Shown here piece by piece: positions 1 to 13,344 of a stretch of 64,000 bases of DNA; position 1 is the stretch's first letter, and each line of letters begins with the position of its first letter. The stretch is taken from the NCBI RefSeq assembly GCF_006345805.1, contig NC_043008.1:49042001-49106000 (forward strand), in the 5' to 3' direction. The position numbers and the translations under genes were made by a program. Source of the DNA: Octopus sinensis (Eukaryota). Under the pieces are notes generated by a model, which worked only from the letters and a program-made list of their open reading frames with translations, did not search any database and was not told the DNA's origin.

Positions 1-299
1 CACAGCCAGGGAGACACCTGGCCTCTAAAGTGGTCGTGCAGTATTCTAGAAATAGCAGCAGGCCAGACCTGCCTTGAATTACATTAGCAAGATAAATTTA
101 TGATATTGTGGTGTTATGTACACTATGTTCGGTGCACAAAGACTGGATGGTCATGATTGGAACGTCTTTGATGGTAGGTCTATTTGATCAGCAGTGATCT
201 GATGCTAAACATCTTCATGTCAAGAAGCTATGAGGTGACTTCTCCTCCTCCTCCTCTTCCTCCTTTCCTTTTTTTCACTTTCCCCTTTCTCCTCCTCTT

Positions 300-779
300 C
301 AAAATGAATCTGGTTCTATGTGGATCACATTCCTACTCCTCAACATAGCCACCGTTTCCCTCGATATCAATGTTCCACCTTCGAATGAGAGCATGTATCC
401 CTGCCCCGTAAAATTCTGTTGACTGTTCTTTGAGCCACTTCAGTTTTCACTTCCTCGTCACTGGAATAATGTTTGCCTCTCAAACCCTCTATTATGGGGC
501 CGAAGAGATGATAGGTGCTAAATTATTCCAGTGATGAGGAAGTGAAAACTGTAGTGAAGAGGTGGCTCAAAGAACAGTCAATAGAATTTTACAGGGCAGG
601 GATACATGCTCTCATTCGAAGGTGGAACATTGCTATTGAGAGAAACGGTGACTATGTTGAGAAGTAGGGATGTGATCCACAGAGGACCAGCTTCATTTTG
701 ATGTATTGATACATGTTCCTGTGTTGGTAATTATACCTGTCCTAAACAAAATGGCATTATTTTTTGACTCACCCTCGTA
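300..779. mobile_element. Mariner-derived foldback element, left end truncated
   Basis: Long internal inverted repeat; right arm reads NYSSDEEVKTVVKRWLKEQSIEFYRAGIHALIRRWNIAIERNGDYVEK* (mariner C-terminus); TIR tttttgactcaccctcgta. Confidence 0.75.
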
Positions 780-1679
780 GTTTTCTTTGAGAAGTATGTC
801 AGTTCTTCAGTATCATCATCATCATTTAAGATCAGTTTTCCATACTGGCATGGGTTGGGCTGCTGATAGGGGCTGGCAAGGCCTGGGGCCACTCCAGGTT
901 CTGTTACCTGTTTTGGCTCGGTTTCTACAGCTTGATGCCCTTCCAAACACCAACCACTTTACAGAGGGTACTGGATGCTTTTACATGGTGCCAGCACCAA
1001 TAAGGTCACCAAGTACCTTGCAAGAGAGAAGGAAACCCTTCAACTGGGGACAGATGAGTAATACTGAGGTGGGTGGTGGCTTTGTGCCTGTTGGGAGAGA
1101 AAATGTATGGAGGGACAGAGACAGGTGTATTGCTGTAGAACAGATACGGGGGATACCCCCATTGGAAGAGAAAGGAAAGTTAGAGAGTAAGTGGGTTAGT
1201 CGGAGAGTAAGATATGGAGAGCAATGGTGAGAGAGAGAGATGTGCATGTATGTATGGGTGTGTGTGTGTATGTATATATGTATATCAATCTCTATGTCTA
1301 TCTCTCTCTCTTTCTCATATATATATATATATACATACGCACACACATATATACACACACACACACACACATATATATATGTAAATACACACACATGTAT
1401 CAAAGTAAATGTATGCATGTGTATGTATGTGTGTGTGTGTGTGTGTTTGTGTGTTATTAATTGTGCTCTTAATTACCATGGGTTTACTGTTTGATGTTTG
1501 TACATCAATTCTGCATGTGTGTGTGTGTGTATGTGTGTGAATGCATGTGTGTGTGTGTGTGTGTGTGTGTGCATGCATGTGTGTGTGTGTGTGTGTGTGC
1601 ATGCATGTGTGTGTGTGTGTGTATCGAACACATGCCAGCATGGAACATGGGCATTAAGTGAAAATGAATGTTTACATAC

Positions 1680-1718
<39 letters not shown>

Positions 1719-1962
1719 ACACACACACACACATATTTATAAATATATATATGTGTGTGTATATATATATATATATACACATATATAAATCTATTTTCTT
1801 TTCAAAATAATAATGATAATAATAATAGATAACTGGCAGAGTGACTGACAGTGCATATGTATATATAGTCTGGCATTCCACAGATAAACAGCTTGAAGGT
1901 TTCTTTGACCTACCAGCCAGCCAGCAGAGCCGCCGGTCGGCCAGCCTGCCTACCGTTTGTTA

Positions 1963-1970
1963 TGACGTCA
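1963..1970. promoter_or_regulatory. Perfect CRE/ATF palindrome TGACGTCA in a small CpG-rich non-repeat patch
   Basis: tatgacgtcaatg next to gccgccggtcggcc; function not demonstrated. Confidence 0.25.
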
Positions 1971-2084
1971 ATGACTTTACTTTAAAAAAAAAATAGTTGT
2001 GAAGTGGAGAGGTGAGAGGGAAAGAAAGAGAGGGAGAGAAAGAAAGGAGAACAAATGGCTGACACACCATGTTATTGTCGGTAC

Positions 2085-2270
2085 TGTCACCACCACCACC
2101 ACCACCACCACCACCATTTACTACTGTTAGAACCATTTCTACTGGCATTACTATCATAACTGCTACCACCACCACCACCACCACCACCACCACCACCATT
2201 TACTACTGTTAGAACCATTTCTACTGGCATTACTATCATAACTGCTACCACCACCACCACCACCACCACC
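2085..2270. repeat. About 82-bp tandem duplication within a (CAC)n tract
   Basis: tactactgttagaaccatttctactggcattactatcataactgctacc occurs twice. Confidence 0.8.
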
Positions 2271-2569
2271 ACCATCCTCACTTCGGTTGCTGTCATCACT
2301 ACCTTTATGATTAGAATCACTACTGCCACTATAACCAGTACTAACAATACCACTTCAGCCACCACTACCACCGTCACCACCACCATCACCCTGTCTTCAG
2401 TGGTTGTTTTCTTTCCAAAAATAGCATTCTTACATCCAATGCATTACCAAAAAGCTTTCCCTCTTACTGTTCGGTGGACACAGGAATTTTAACCCTTTTG
2501 TTACCATATAAGGTTTTTGCCGAAAAGTCCCTGGCCTTGGGGTAAGAGAAAATACAGGAGGATCAGTTA

Positions 2570-2735
2570 ATTATCATTTTTTATAAAATCACATTTTATT
2601 CCCCTCTCAGATTCACGCGCTTATTGCAACGGTCCTTCAGTTTTTCTAAGCCCTGTAAAATATCTCGGAATGTCGGGCCTCCTACCTGGCCTTTTGCGAT
2701 ACCTTTAAAGACAGGGGCTATTTAACATCCCCTAA
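2570..2735 (-). mobile_element. Short mariner 3-prime fragment
   Basis: Reverse-strand remnant LQGLEKLKDRCNKRVNLRGE*. Confidence 0.4.
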
Positions 2736-3441
2736 CGTGTGTGTGTGTGTGTGTGTGTACATACATTGCTGAAAAGTTCCTAGTAAGGGCATCCTACCAT
2801 GCCATTGCAGATACTGGAGCTGGATGTAGTCCTTGGAAACATTGGATCCTGTCAAATCATACAACCCATGGCTGGATGGAACATGGGCATTGAATTGATG
2901 ATGAAGATTTTGTGTTTTACTTTTTTCAGTCTGCGGCCATGCTAGGGCACCGCCTTGAATTTTTAGCCAAAGGAATCAACCCCAGTTCTCTTTTTCTTTT
3001 TTTTTTTAGCCTGGCACTTATTCTTTCATTCTGTTTTGCTGAACTGCTAAGTTAAAGGGATGTAAACACACCCACACCAGTGATCAAGCAGTGGTGGACA
3101 AACACAAATGCAAAGATACAACCACACACATACATATACTCGAGAAAAATAACATTCGAGTGAGGGCATTGCCAGTGCCGCTGGACTGGCTCCTGTGCAG
3201 GTGACACGCAAAAACACCATTTGAGTTTGGCCATTGCCATTACCACCTGACTGGCCCTCGTGCCAGTGGCTTGTAAAAGCACCCATTACACTCTTGAGTG
3301 GTTGGCATTAGGAAGGGCTGTACAAACTCTGCCAGATCAGATTGAAGTCTGGTGCGGCCATCTGGTTCGCCAGTCCTCAGTCAAATCGTCCAAGCCATGC
3401 TAGCATGGAAAGCGGACATTAAACAATGATGATGATGACGA

Positions 3442-3477
<36 letters not shown>

Positions 3478-3689
3478 AAAGAAATAGATCAATAATAAGC
3501 AATGAGAAGTTGATCATTGGTATGAAAAGGTCAGAGTTTAATTGTAGTTCAGAACCATTTACTGTATGCCTTATAGCTAGGTCTATACATAGTGAGGTAA
3601 TACACCAGCAGAGCCTACAAATACATTTATCCCTTAGACGGTTGCATAACCTCTGACTCATATTTTTATTATATATATATATATATCTT

Positions 3690-3895
3690 TACTCTTTACT
3701 CTTTTACTTGTTTCAGTCATTTGACTGTGGCCATGCTGGAGCACCACCTGTAGTCGAGCAAATCGACCCCAGGAATTATTCTTTGTAAGCCTAGTAATTA
3801 TTCTATCGAGCTCTTTTGCCAAACTACTAAGTTACGGGGACGTAAACACATCAACATCGGTTGTCAAGCGATGTTGGGGGGACAAACAGATACAC
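3690..3895. mobile_element. Abundant SINE-like repeat (cttgtttcagtcatttgactg...gcaaatcgaccccagg family)
   Basis: Many copies (7520-7720, 10410-10620, 13690-13870, 18480-18690, 32770-32960, 57185-57370). Confidence 0.65.
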
Positions 3896-3897
3896 AA

Positions 3898-3938
<41 letters not shown>

Positions 3939-4138
3939 TATACATATATACGACAGGCTTCTTTCAGTTTCTGTCTACCAAATCCACTCAAGGCATTGGC
4001 CGGCCCGAGGCTATAGTAGAAGACACTTGCCCAAGGTGCCATGCAGTGGGACTGAACCCGAAACCCTGTGGTTGGTAAGCAAGCTACTTACCACACAGCC
4101 ACTCCTGCGCCTATAAATTAGGCAAACCAGCCGCCGGA

Positions 4139-4211
4139 TGCTGAAACCCGGGATTGAACCAGGGACCTTTAGATCTTCAGTCTAACGCTCTCCTAACTGA
4201 GCTATTTCGGC
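4139..4211 (-). tRNA. tRNA-Phe(GAA), probably a pseudogene
   Basis: Reverse complement GCCGAAATAGCTCAGTTAGGAGAGCGTTAGACTGAAGATCTAAAGGTCCCTGGTTCAATCCCGGGTTTCAGCA, 73 nt. It differs from canonical metazoan tRNA-Phe by G18A, G57A and G70A (C3-A70 mismatch). Confidence 0.85.
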
Positions 4212-4904
4212 TATATATATATATATCTGCCAAATCCACTTACAAGGCTTTGGTCAGTAGAAAACAGTTGACGAAGGTGCCACACAGTGGAACTGAACCC
4301 AGTATCACGTGGTTGGGAAGCAAGCTTCTTACCACACAGCCATGGCTGTGCCTAAAACTAATGCACCTTGGTCTGATAGATATTCCTTGGTTTCAAAGAC
4401 CTAAATTCGTTTGAACTATTTCCACCCTGTACAGGAATGGAAGAAATGTTTGTGAAATAAATAACATTATTCTCAGAAAATAATAAACTAGGAGAATCTT
4501 GGACAGTTTCCAGAATGGTTAATTCTGTAGTGGGATGGCTTTACTGAAGAATTTGGTATTCATGCAGAAAACTAGGTGAAGCTTTCAGAATGCTGAGGCT
4601 GAAAACAGTACTGCTTTCATTTTTAGACAGACACACATATAGACATGTATAGTTATATATAGATAAAAAGGTGTGTTTATATATATATATATATGCACCC
4701 ATACACACACATAATGTATTTGAATTGCGTATTTGTAATGTTAATAGATATTTGCAACAAATAAGCAACATTTATCTACCAATGTGGTGTTGGGCATTCG
4801 TTCTCACTATTTGATGTTAGCATATACATACATACATACAAACACATATATATATATGTTTATATATATATATATAGATAGATAATATATAAATATATGC
4901 ATAT

Positions 4905-5225
4905 ATACATATATGTACATACCTACATATATGTATATATACATGCATATATGGGTACAGGACATCAAAAACAAAAACAAAAAAACGTAGACATGCTGAG
5001 AAACGAAAGCATAAAAACAAAAACATAAAAGAAAAACTTTTTTTCAAACAACGAATAAAAAAACAGAGAAACAAGATAGGCAACATAAAGAACATTCCCT
5101 TTATCAGTTGTCCCCTGTTTTATCTACCCCGCGGTTTCGTTTTTTATGTTCTCGTTTCTCATTCTGTCTATGTGTTTTGATGTCCTGTACCCATATATGC
5201 ATGTATATATACCAATATATATAGG
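4905..5225. mobile_element. (TA)n-anchored inverted-repeat element (MITE or PLE-like)
   Basis: Terminal inverted repeat catatatgggtacaggacatcaaaa / ttttgatgtcctgtacccatatatg, flanked by TA microsatellites. Confidence 0.55.
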
Positions 5226-5318
5226 TATGTACATATATATATATGTATATATGAATATCTATATATATTATTTATATTATTATATGATCAAACATCATGC
5301 ATCCTTTTCCAAGTAAAT

Positions 5319-5360
<42 letters not shown>

Positions 5361-7795
5361 AATATATATATATATATCATCATCATCGTTAAACATCCGT
5401 TTTCCATGCTAGCATGGGCTGGACCGTTCGACCAGGGTCTGGGAAGCCAGGAGGCTGCACCAGGCTCCGGTCTTATCTGGCAATGTTTCTACAGCTGGAT
5501 GCCCTTCCTAGCGCCAATCACTCCCTGAGTGTAGTGGGTGCTTTTTACAGTGCCACTGGCACAGGTATCACAACTATGTATATAAGAATTTAAAGTAAAT
5601 AGAAAATGGAGATCACACGCCATACACCTTCCATTCTCCATTTTCTGCTTAATTTAAACATGATACCTGATAAACTAATGTTTATCTTTGTCATTTCCTG
5701 TATCCAATGAGCATTATATAAAGTGGGGCCCCCTTGAACCCAGAACTTTTGTGATTAGATTGGGAATCAAACCTCTTACCACACCACCACACCTACCAGA
5801 CCTTGCAAGGTTTTGGAGAGCCTGGATCTACAGTGAAAGAGAGTGGCCCAAGATGCCCCTTTATGGAACTGAACCCAGAACCACATGGTTTGGGAACCAA
5901 ACTTCTTAACCACACAGCCAGCCATGTTGGTTCCTTCATTAAGCTTTCAACTGTTCCACATTCCACAACTCCTGTCAGTGTGGGTTGTTGTTGTTGTAAT
6001 GGCTATCGTGTGTAACCCTAACTCTTTCAGTGGTTCAACGTGATTGTCAGAGAACATAATTTAATCCTTTAAACAATCCGTTATCACTTCATAATGGCAG
6101 ATTATATATCACTGTCATTATGGTAGACCTTGACATCAGCTGTTGACAGTGTTGCAAAATAGCTGATTAATTTAACTGGATTCTATCACCATCATCACCA
6201 TAACCACCACTATCATCATCATCATCATCACCACCACCACCATCATCACCATCACCACCATCATCATCATCACCACTACCACCACCATCATCACTGTCAC
6301 TACCACCACCACCATCATCACCACCATCATCAGCACCATCACCACCACTATCATCGTCATCATCGTCGTCACCATCATCATCACCACTTCCACTTCCACT
6401 ACCATCATCATCATCATAACATCCACTTTTCCCTCCATTGCACTGAATTGATTGAGGCAGATTTTCTACAGCTGGATGCCTTTCCTATCGCCAACCTTTC
6501 ACCTCTTTCTAAGCAAAGTAACATTTCTCCATGGCTAGACATGTTTACAACAAAGAAGATTGGAGATGAAGGACACTGCTTGCGTGATGGTGACGCTCGT
6601 TTACAGCTGTCACGTGATGTTAAGACAAGAAGGCACTAACACACACTCACACACACATCCACAGCCACATACGTAAAACCCTTTAACATTCAGATTACCC
6701 TGTCAAATATAATGCTCGTTAATTCACATCGTTATGAATTAATCATGTGTTATCTCTTTACTTCAAGATTTTGATGATGGGATTGTTTATTTTTAGAGTG
6801 CCATTGTAGGGTAGGTGTGAGAGGCTGGATCCGGTTAGTCTGTACATGTAACAGGTTGAATACTTGTGCTGGATGTGGCCAGTTTGAATGCTAAAGGCAC
6901 CATTTGAGCGTGATTGTTGCCAGCATCGCCTTACCGGCACATGAAAAACAAAACATGCGAGCGTGGTCGTTGCCAGTGCCACTGGACTGGCTCCCATGCA
7001 AGTAACATGTAAAAAACACTTTTTGACTGTGGTCATTGCCAGAACCACCAGACTGGCCCTCGTGCCAGTGGCACATAAAAGCACCCACTACACCCTGGGA
7101 GTGGTTGGTGTTAGGAAGGGCATCCAGCTTTTGAAACTCTGCCAGATCAGATTGAGCCTGGTGCAGCCTTCTGGCTCAGCAATCCTCAGTCAAAGTGTCC
7201 AACCCATGCCAGCAAGGAAAGCGGATGTTAAAAGACGACGATGATGATGATGATACATACCCACTCATACATACATACATACATAGATACACATACACAT
7301 ACATATTATGCATACAAACACACAAGCGTGGCTGTGTGGTCATTAGCTTGCTTACCAACCACATGGTTCCGGGTTCAGTCCCACCGCATGGCATCTTGGG
7401 CAAGTGTTGTCTTTTTATAGGCTTGGGCCAACCAAAGCCTTGTGAATGCATTTAGAAGATGGAAACTGAAAGAATCCCATCATATATATGTGTGTGTGTT
7501 TGTGTGTATGTGTTTGTCCTCCCCTCACACCATCGCTTGACTACTGATGTTGGAGTGTTTACAACCCCCCACCCCTGTAACTTAGCGGTTCAGCAAAAAA
7601 AACTGATAGAATAAGTACTAGGCTTACAAAGAATAAATCCTAGGGTTGATTTGTTCAACTAAAGGCGCTGCTCCAGCATGGCCCCAGTCAAATGACTGAA
7701 ACAAGTAAAAGAATAAAAGAATTGAAGAATATACACATACATAGATACATAGACACATACATACACTCACATACACACATACATAGGTAGATATG

Positions 7796-7846
<51 letters not shown>

Positions 7847-7970
7847 TCACACACACATATATATATATAGAGAGATTAGAAAAAACCAGCTTTTATCAAT
7901 TCAAAATGAAAAACTAAATTACACCATCTAGAAAATTACATATAATAGAAGTATTAAATATCATTGTTAA

Positions 7971-8018
<48 letters not shown>

Positions 8019-8485
8019 CATACACAGTCCAACCCATGCTAGCACGGAAAACGGACTTTAAATGATGATGATGATGATGATGACAGAGATGTACATTGCG
8101 GACTCTCCTATCTTAGATGACAGATGAAAGTTCCGAAAGTTCTTGCTAAACATCCCGTGCAGGTGATGATGAGGATCATCGTCATCATCAAATTTGACTC
8201 ACCGTCAAAGTGACGTTTCCTGAACAGTAGCATTGTGTGTCACATGTCCTGTTTGATCTTTGTTGACTTGGATTAATCAGTGACTGAAAGGAGATGTACC
8301 ATTGTGTGACCTGTTAGAAATAGCAACTAAATTTCTCTCAAATTACTCCCTCAAAATGGGAAGGAACACAGACCCTGTTTAAGTTTTGTTTGTCTTTCGT
8401 CCCCTAATCAATTGGGGTTAATCAGTGAGTGAAAGATGTTGTGCCTTTGTGTGACTTGCAACTAAATTTTTCTCAAATTACTCTC

Positions 8486-8941
8486 TTAACCCTTCCGTTA
8501 CTGTATTTATTTTGAGATGCTCTGTCAGGTTTCTTTCAATTACTTTAAATATAACAAAAAATTTAGTAAAATAACTTAGTTATCATTAAGATAAAATTAG
8601 GAACATAAATTGTGACTAAGGTTTGGTGGAAGACTTTAACCCTTTCGTTACCAACCTGGCTGAAACCGGCTCTGGCTCTGAGTACAAATGTCTTGTTTAC
8701 ATAAGTTTTTAATTAAAATCTTCCACCAAACCTTTGTCACAATTTATCTTCCTAACACCAGCTTAATGATAACTAAGTTATTTTACTAAATTGTTTGTTA
8801 TATTTAAAATTAATTGCGAGAAAAACAGAGCATTTCAATAGAAATACGGTAACGAAAGGGTTAATTCAAAACTTATGAAAACAAGACATTTGTACTCAGA
8901 GCCAGAGCTGGTTTCAGCCAGGTTGATAATGAAAGGGTTAA
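8486..8941. mobile_element. piggyBac-like MITE (TTAA-CCCTTT TIR) with a second copy of itself nested in opposite orientation at 8636-8864
   Basis: TTAA at 8486-8489, 8636-8639, 8861-8864 and 8938-8941; TIR CCCTTTCGTTAC / GTAACGAAAGGG; solo copy at 34107-34334. Confidence 0.8.
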
Positions 8942-9731
8942 AATGGGAAGACACACAGACCCTGTTTAAGTTTTGTTTGTCTTTTGTCCCCTACACAATT
9001 CCAAAACTGGAAAATATAAATCAAAACAATAAAGACAGATTCAGATCATGTTCACACCACAATTGACTTTATTGGGATCAGTTGTGCTGTGAAGTGTAAA
9101 CCATCCTTTAAACATCACAAAAAAAGAATCCCCTCTCCCATTTGCAAAGAATTCCTTCTTTATTAGTCTCTCAGCTTGTTTCAGGTTGTTCAGTGGAATT
9201 TGAACTCAGAATGTAAAGACAGACGAAATACAGCTAAGCATTTTGCCCAGTGTGCTAACGTTTCTGCCAGCTCACCACCTTAGAAGACTATTTTGTCGCT
9301 TGGCTAATGGAAATAGCAGCCAAATTTCCCTCAAATTACAATCTCCCGTCTTAAAAAGAAGAACAAGGGATGGGTTCATTGAATAATGTACTCTAAAGTA
9401 CACAGTGCCTGGAGTAAAATACAAAAACAAAACAAGGATGTTATGTCCGGAATGTTATCCACCAAAGATCAGGATTGACCTAAAACCAAACAACTACATC
9501 CTCTCTCTCTCTCTCTCTTTATACTCTTGGTCAGCCCTTTTTATTGTCCCTCTTATTATATCGCTGCCTCTCCCTCCTCTCCCTCCTCAAAGCTGTTTAA
9601 TCTCTGTTTTTTGTTTCTTCTTACTTGAAGCACTTATACTTCTCCTCCTCCTCCTCCTCACCTCTTTCCAAGTGATATTTTCCTCTCTCTTATTCTACGT
9701 TCCATTAGTTACATTAGTGTTGATGTATAAT

Positions 9732-10131
9732 ATATCTCACATTGTGAGATTTTAAAATAGTAATTTTCTAATTTATAAATCAGTGACTAGCTGTCACTTT
9801 CAACACTATATATTTCGAATGAGAATTTGGCAGCGCCACCTCAAGCTGAACAATTATTCTGTGCTGATGAAGGGAAATAACCCAGGAATCATGATACACA
9901 GATATTGTTTTGAGCTGAGTGGTGGAGGGGGGTGCTAGATTCCCTTGCTTGAAAATATAAGGACACAGATTATGTTGTATAGCCAGCTGGAGACGATGTC
10001 TCCTGGGGCTAAATTACAGCAACATTAGTCCTAAACCAGGACTGCCATGTTATGTTGGCAAACAATCTTTACTCCAAAGTACTGTTGCTGAATATCTCAC
10101 GTTGTGAGATTTAGAAATGGTAATTTTCTAA
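9732..10131 (+). mobile_element. Small non-autonomous Penelope-like or retrozyme-like element with about 40-bp direct terminal repeats
   Basis: atatctcac(a/g)ttgtgagattt..aaat(a/g)gtaattttctaa at both ends; internal hammerhead motif; core ggagacgatgtctcc...ggactgccatgttatgttggca shared with 17805, 21726, 24297 and 58965. Confidence 0.55.
9858..9902 (+). ncRNA. Degenerate hammerhead motif, same family as 17962-18006
   Basis: tctgtg-CTGATGA-aggg(aaataa)ccca-GGAA-tcatga-TA-cacaga; GAAA is mutated to GGAA. Confidence 0.45.
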
Positions 10132-10826
10132 TATATATCTAAAGTATAGAACTCTAAGAAATTAACTGGAAATTATTATGTCATCATCATTGTCAAGGAA
10201 TTTCTTCACAAAGAGATGCAGACTTAGTTTTTGGCTGCTGCCAAAACATAAACAATGATGTCACTGATTGCATACAAGCTGCAAATTGTGACAGACCATT
10301 CTTATTTGCACTCGGAATAGTTATGCAAGGATTCAAGTAAACATACATGTGTACATGCACACACACACACATACATGCATACATAAATGAATATAATGTT
10401 TGTTTTCATGTGAAGTTATACTCTTTTACTTGTTTCAGTCATTTGACTGTGGCCATGCTGGAGCACTGCCTTTTAGTCAAGCAAATCGACCCTGGGACTT
10501 ATTCTTTGCAAGCCTAGTACTTATTCTACTGACCTCTTTTGCTGCACCACTAAGTTATTGGGATATAAATACACCACTAATGTTAGGGGGGGGGGACAGA
10601 CTCAGACAGACACAAACACACACACACATATATATAAAGGGAGGGTTTACGAAAAAAACAAAAGATGAAGACTGTATGGTAAGTAGCTTGCTTACCAACC
10701 ACATGGTTCCAGGTTCAGTTCCACTGTGTGGCACCTTGGGCAAGTGTCTTCTACTATAGCCTTGAGCCGACCAAAGCCTTGTGAGTCGATTTGGTAGACA
10801 GAAACTGAAAGAAGCCCATCGTATGC

Positions 10827-10860
<34 letters not shown>

Positions 10861-11042
10861 CTGTGTTTGTCCCCCAACTTTGTTTGACAACCGATGCTGG
10901 TGTGTTTACGTCCCCGTAACTTAGCAGTTTGGCCAAAGAGACCAATAGAAAAAGTACTAGGCTTGCAAAGAATAAGTCCTTCACCCTTTATGTCGGATGT
11001 ATGTGGTGCCTAGTAATGCTATTTTCTGTATGTTATATACAT

Positions 11043-11122
11043 TCGTTAAGTCCTGGTGTTTATAATCATACTTAATGCACCTATTACTATAGGGATTGTT
11101 TCTGTTTCTACATTCCACATTC
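11043..11122 (-). mobile_element. Second R4/Dong-type endonuclease-region fragment
   Basis: MWNVETETIPIVIGALSMII, matching the W-x-x-K-T-x-T-I-P-x-x-x-G-A-L-G motif. Confidence 0.5.
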
Positions 11123-11344
11123 AGGCTACTTCTAGTTCCAGATATTCTTCTTCTTATTATTATTATTGTAATTGTTCAAAATTTGGTAGTTTGAGGCAAA
11201 TTTCCACTGCATCACTAGCTACACCTCCATGTTGCTGGCTGTGTGCAGCAGTGTGGGCTCTTTTCTGCTGCTGGGTGTGTGCAAACTCGACCCGGTATTG
11301 TATTGCGTCAGTTCTTTTCTTTTGAGGTGTGCTGCAGTCTTTTG

Positions 11345-11692
11345 TTGTATTATTGTTGTTATTATTATTATTATTCTATGTTTGACTTTTGGTTTGTATT
11401 TGTACAAGTTGGCTCCAAGCCTCACCCAGAGACCTCAAGAGGCAACAAATTAGAAGTTCATGTTGGTGTTATGCCTAGGGTGCCATGTATTTGGTTTTGT
11501 ACTTAGTGTTGTTCTAGAGAATGTTTAAGAAACCATAAGAAAATTATGTTTGTTTTAAAATTTGAGATTACATAGACAGTATTTTATGTAGGATATGGAC
11601 AGTTTCCATGAGCACTATCTTTTGAATTTCTGCCATTTTGGGGTTTCCTGTTATCTGAGCTAGGTAACAATCAGCCCCTTTTGCTATCATTC
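11345..11692 (-). mobile_element. R4/Dong-type non-LTR retrotransposon 3-prime end with (TAA)n tail
   Basis: MIAKGADCYLAQITGNPKMAEIQKIVLMETVHILHKILSM* followed by a 3-prime UTR and TAA repeats. Confidence 0.65.
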
Positions 11693-11902
11693 TTCTTCAT
11701 CTTCTTATTGTTATTATTATCATTGTTATTATTATTGGATGTTTTCTCAGTTTGAATTAGCTTTTGTCTCTATTCTTGTTCTTTTCACATAAAATACATC
11801 TTCGGAAGCGACATAATCTAGGCATTTGCCAAAAACAACTTGCCATTGGAATGCAGTCTCTGACGTTCATGAATTAGTCACATGTTCCATACACACAAAC
11901 AG

Positions 11903-11937
<35 letters not shown>

Positions 11938-12672
11938 TACTTATGTATGTATGTGTATACATGTGTTTCGTGTGATGTGAGAAGCATAAGCTCACGAGTT
12001 CAATTTCTAGACTAGATAGGACACTGTATTCTTGAGCCCGAGGCACCCCTTTCACATTGCCCCCAGTCTACAGAACTGAATATGAGTATTGGCCGATTGC
12101 CGATGCATCCTCCTCTCCTCCATCTCTCTATCTCCCCACCATCCCTATCTCCTCTCCCCCCCCACCTCTCTTTCACTGTCACATCTTCAATGTTCTGCTT
12201 GACCGAAAGCAAAGCTGACTGAGAGGGTATCTGTGGCTGCTCACGGTCACACAGCCACCCGAAAACAATTAGCACAAACCTGTTAATTGCTACGAATAAA
12301 TTATATTTGCTTGTGATTGGCAAATGTGCTGCTGGAAATATATGTGAGTTTATATGTCTGTTAAATATTCATATGTCTGAAGTGGTTGGCATTAGGAAGG
12401 GCATTCAGCCATAAAAACCTTGCCAAAACAGACCCCAGTGGAATTTGTTGTGGGCTCAACAGCTCCTATCAAACTGTCCAACCCATGCCAGCATGGAAGA
12501 CAGATGTTAAATGATGATGATGATATATACAAGTGTGTGTGTATGTGTCCATATATATATATATATATATATATTTATGTATCTGTGTATATGTATATAT
12601 CTATCTATTTATCTGTGTATATATATATATATGTCTCTCTTCCTCTATATATGTCTATATATAAATAAATAG

Positions 12673-12720
<48 letters not shown>

Positions 12721-12997
12721 TACACATGTACATGTATATACATATAAATATATATATGTGTGTCTGTTAAATATAGATATGTTGTGTTTCATTTTATTAA
12801 ACACTGCCGTCTATCAAAGAAGTAATTAGATGTTGAATGTATAATTAATTAACATTTGTATAAATGTTACATGTGAAACGGTGGTGGTGGGGGTGGAGAG
12901 AGGAAGTAAGGTGACACAACTCAGATGTCTTCATGAGTCAGACAAAACAAGATGGCACAATGCCATGCACACACACGCACACACACATTTCTCTATT

Positions 12998-13034
<37 letters not shown>

Positions 13035-13307
13035 ATATATACAAATAGACAGATGCGTATACATTCATTTGAAGGTTGATGTTTCATTCGTTTTGTCACT
13101 TGAAGGATCACACAGAGAACATGAATCATCCTCTTTCAACAAATATATATAAATAGGCACCGGAGTGGCTGTGTGGTAAGTCGCTTGCTTACCAACCACA
13201 TGCTTCCCTCTGCGTGGCACCTTGGGCAGGGGTCTTCTACTATAGCCTTGGACCGACCGAAACCTTGTGAGTGGATTTGGTAGATGGAAACTGAAAGAAG
13301 CTCGTCC

Positions 13308-13344
<37 letters not shown>

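Noticed and set aside
981-1881. Overlapping ORFs rich in HT, VC and YI
   Set aside because: Translations of (CA)n and (TA)n microsatellites; the same applies to many similar ORFs across the window.
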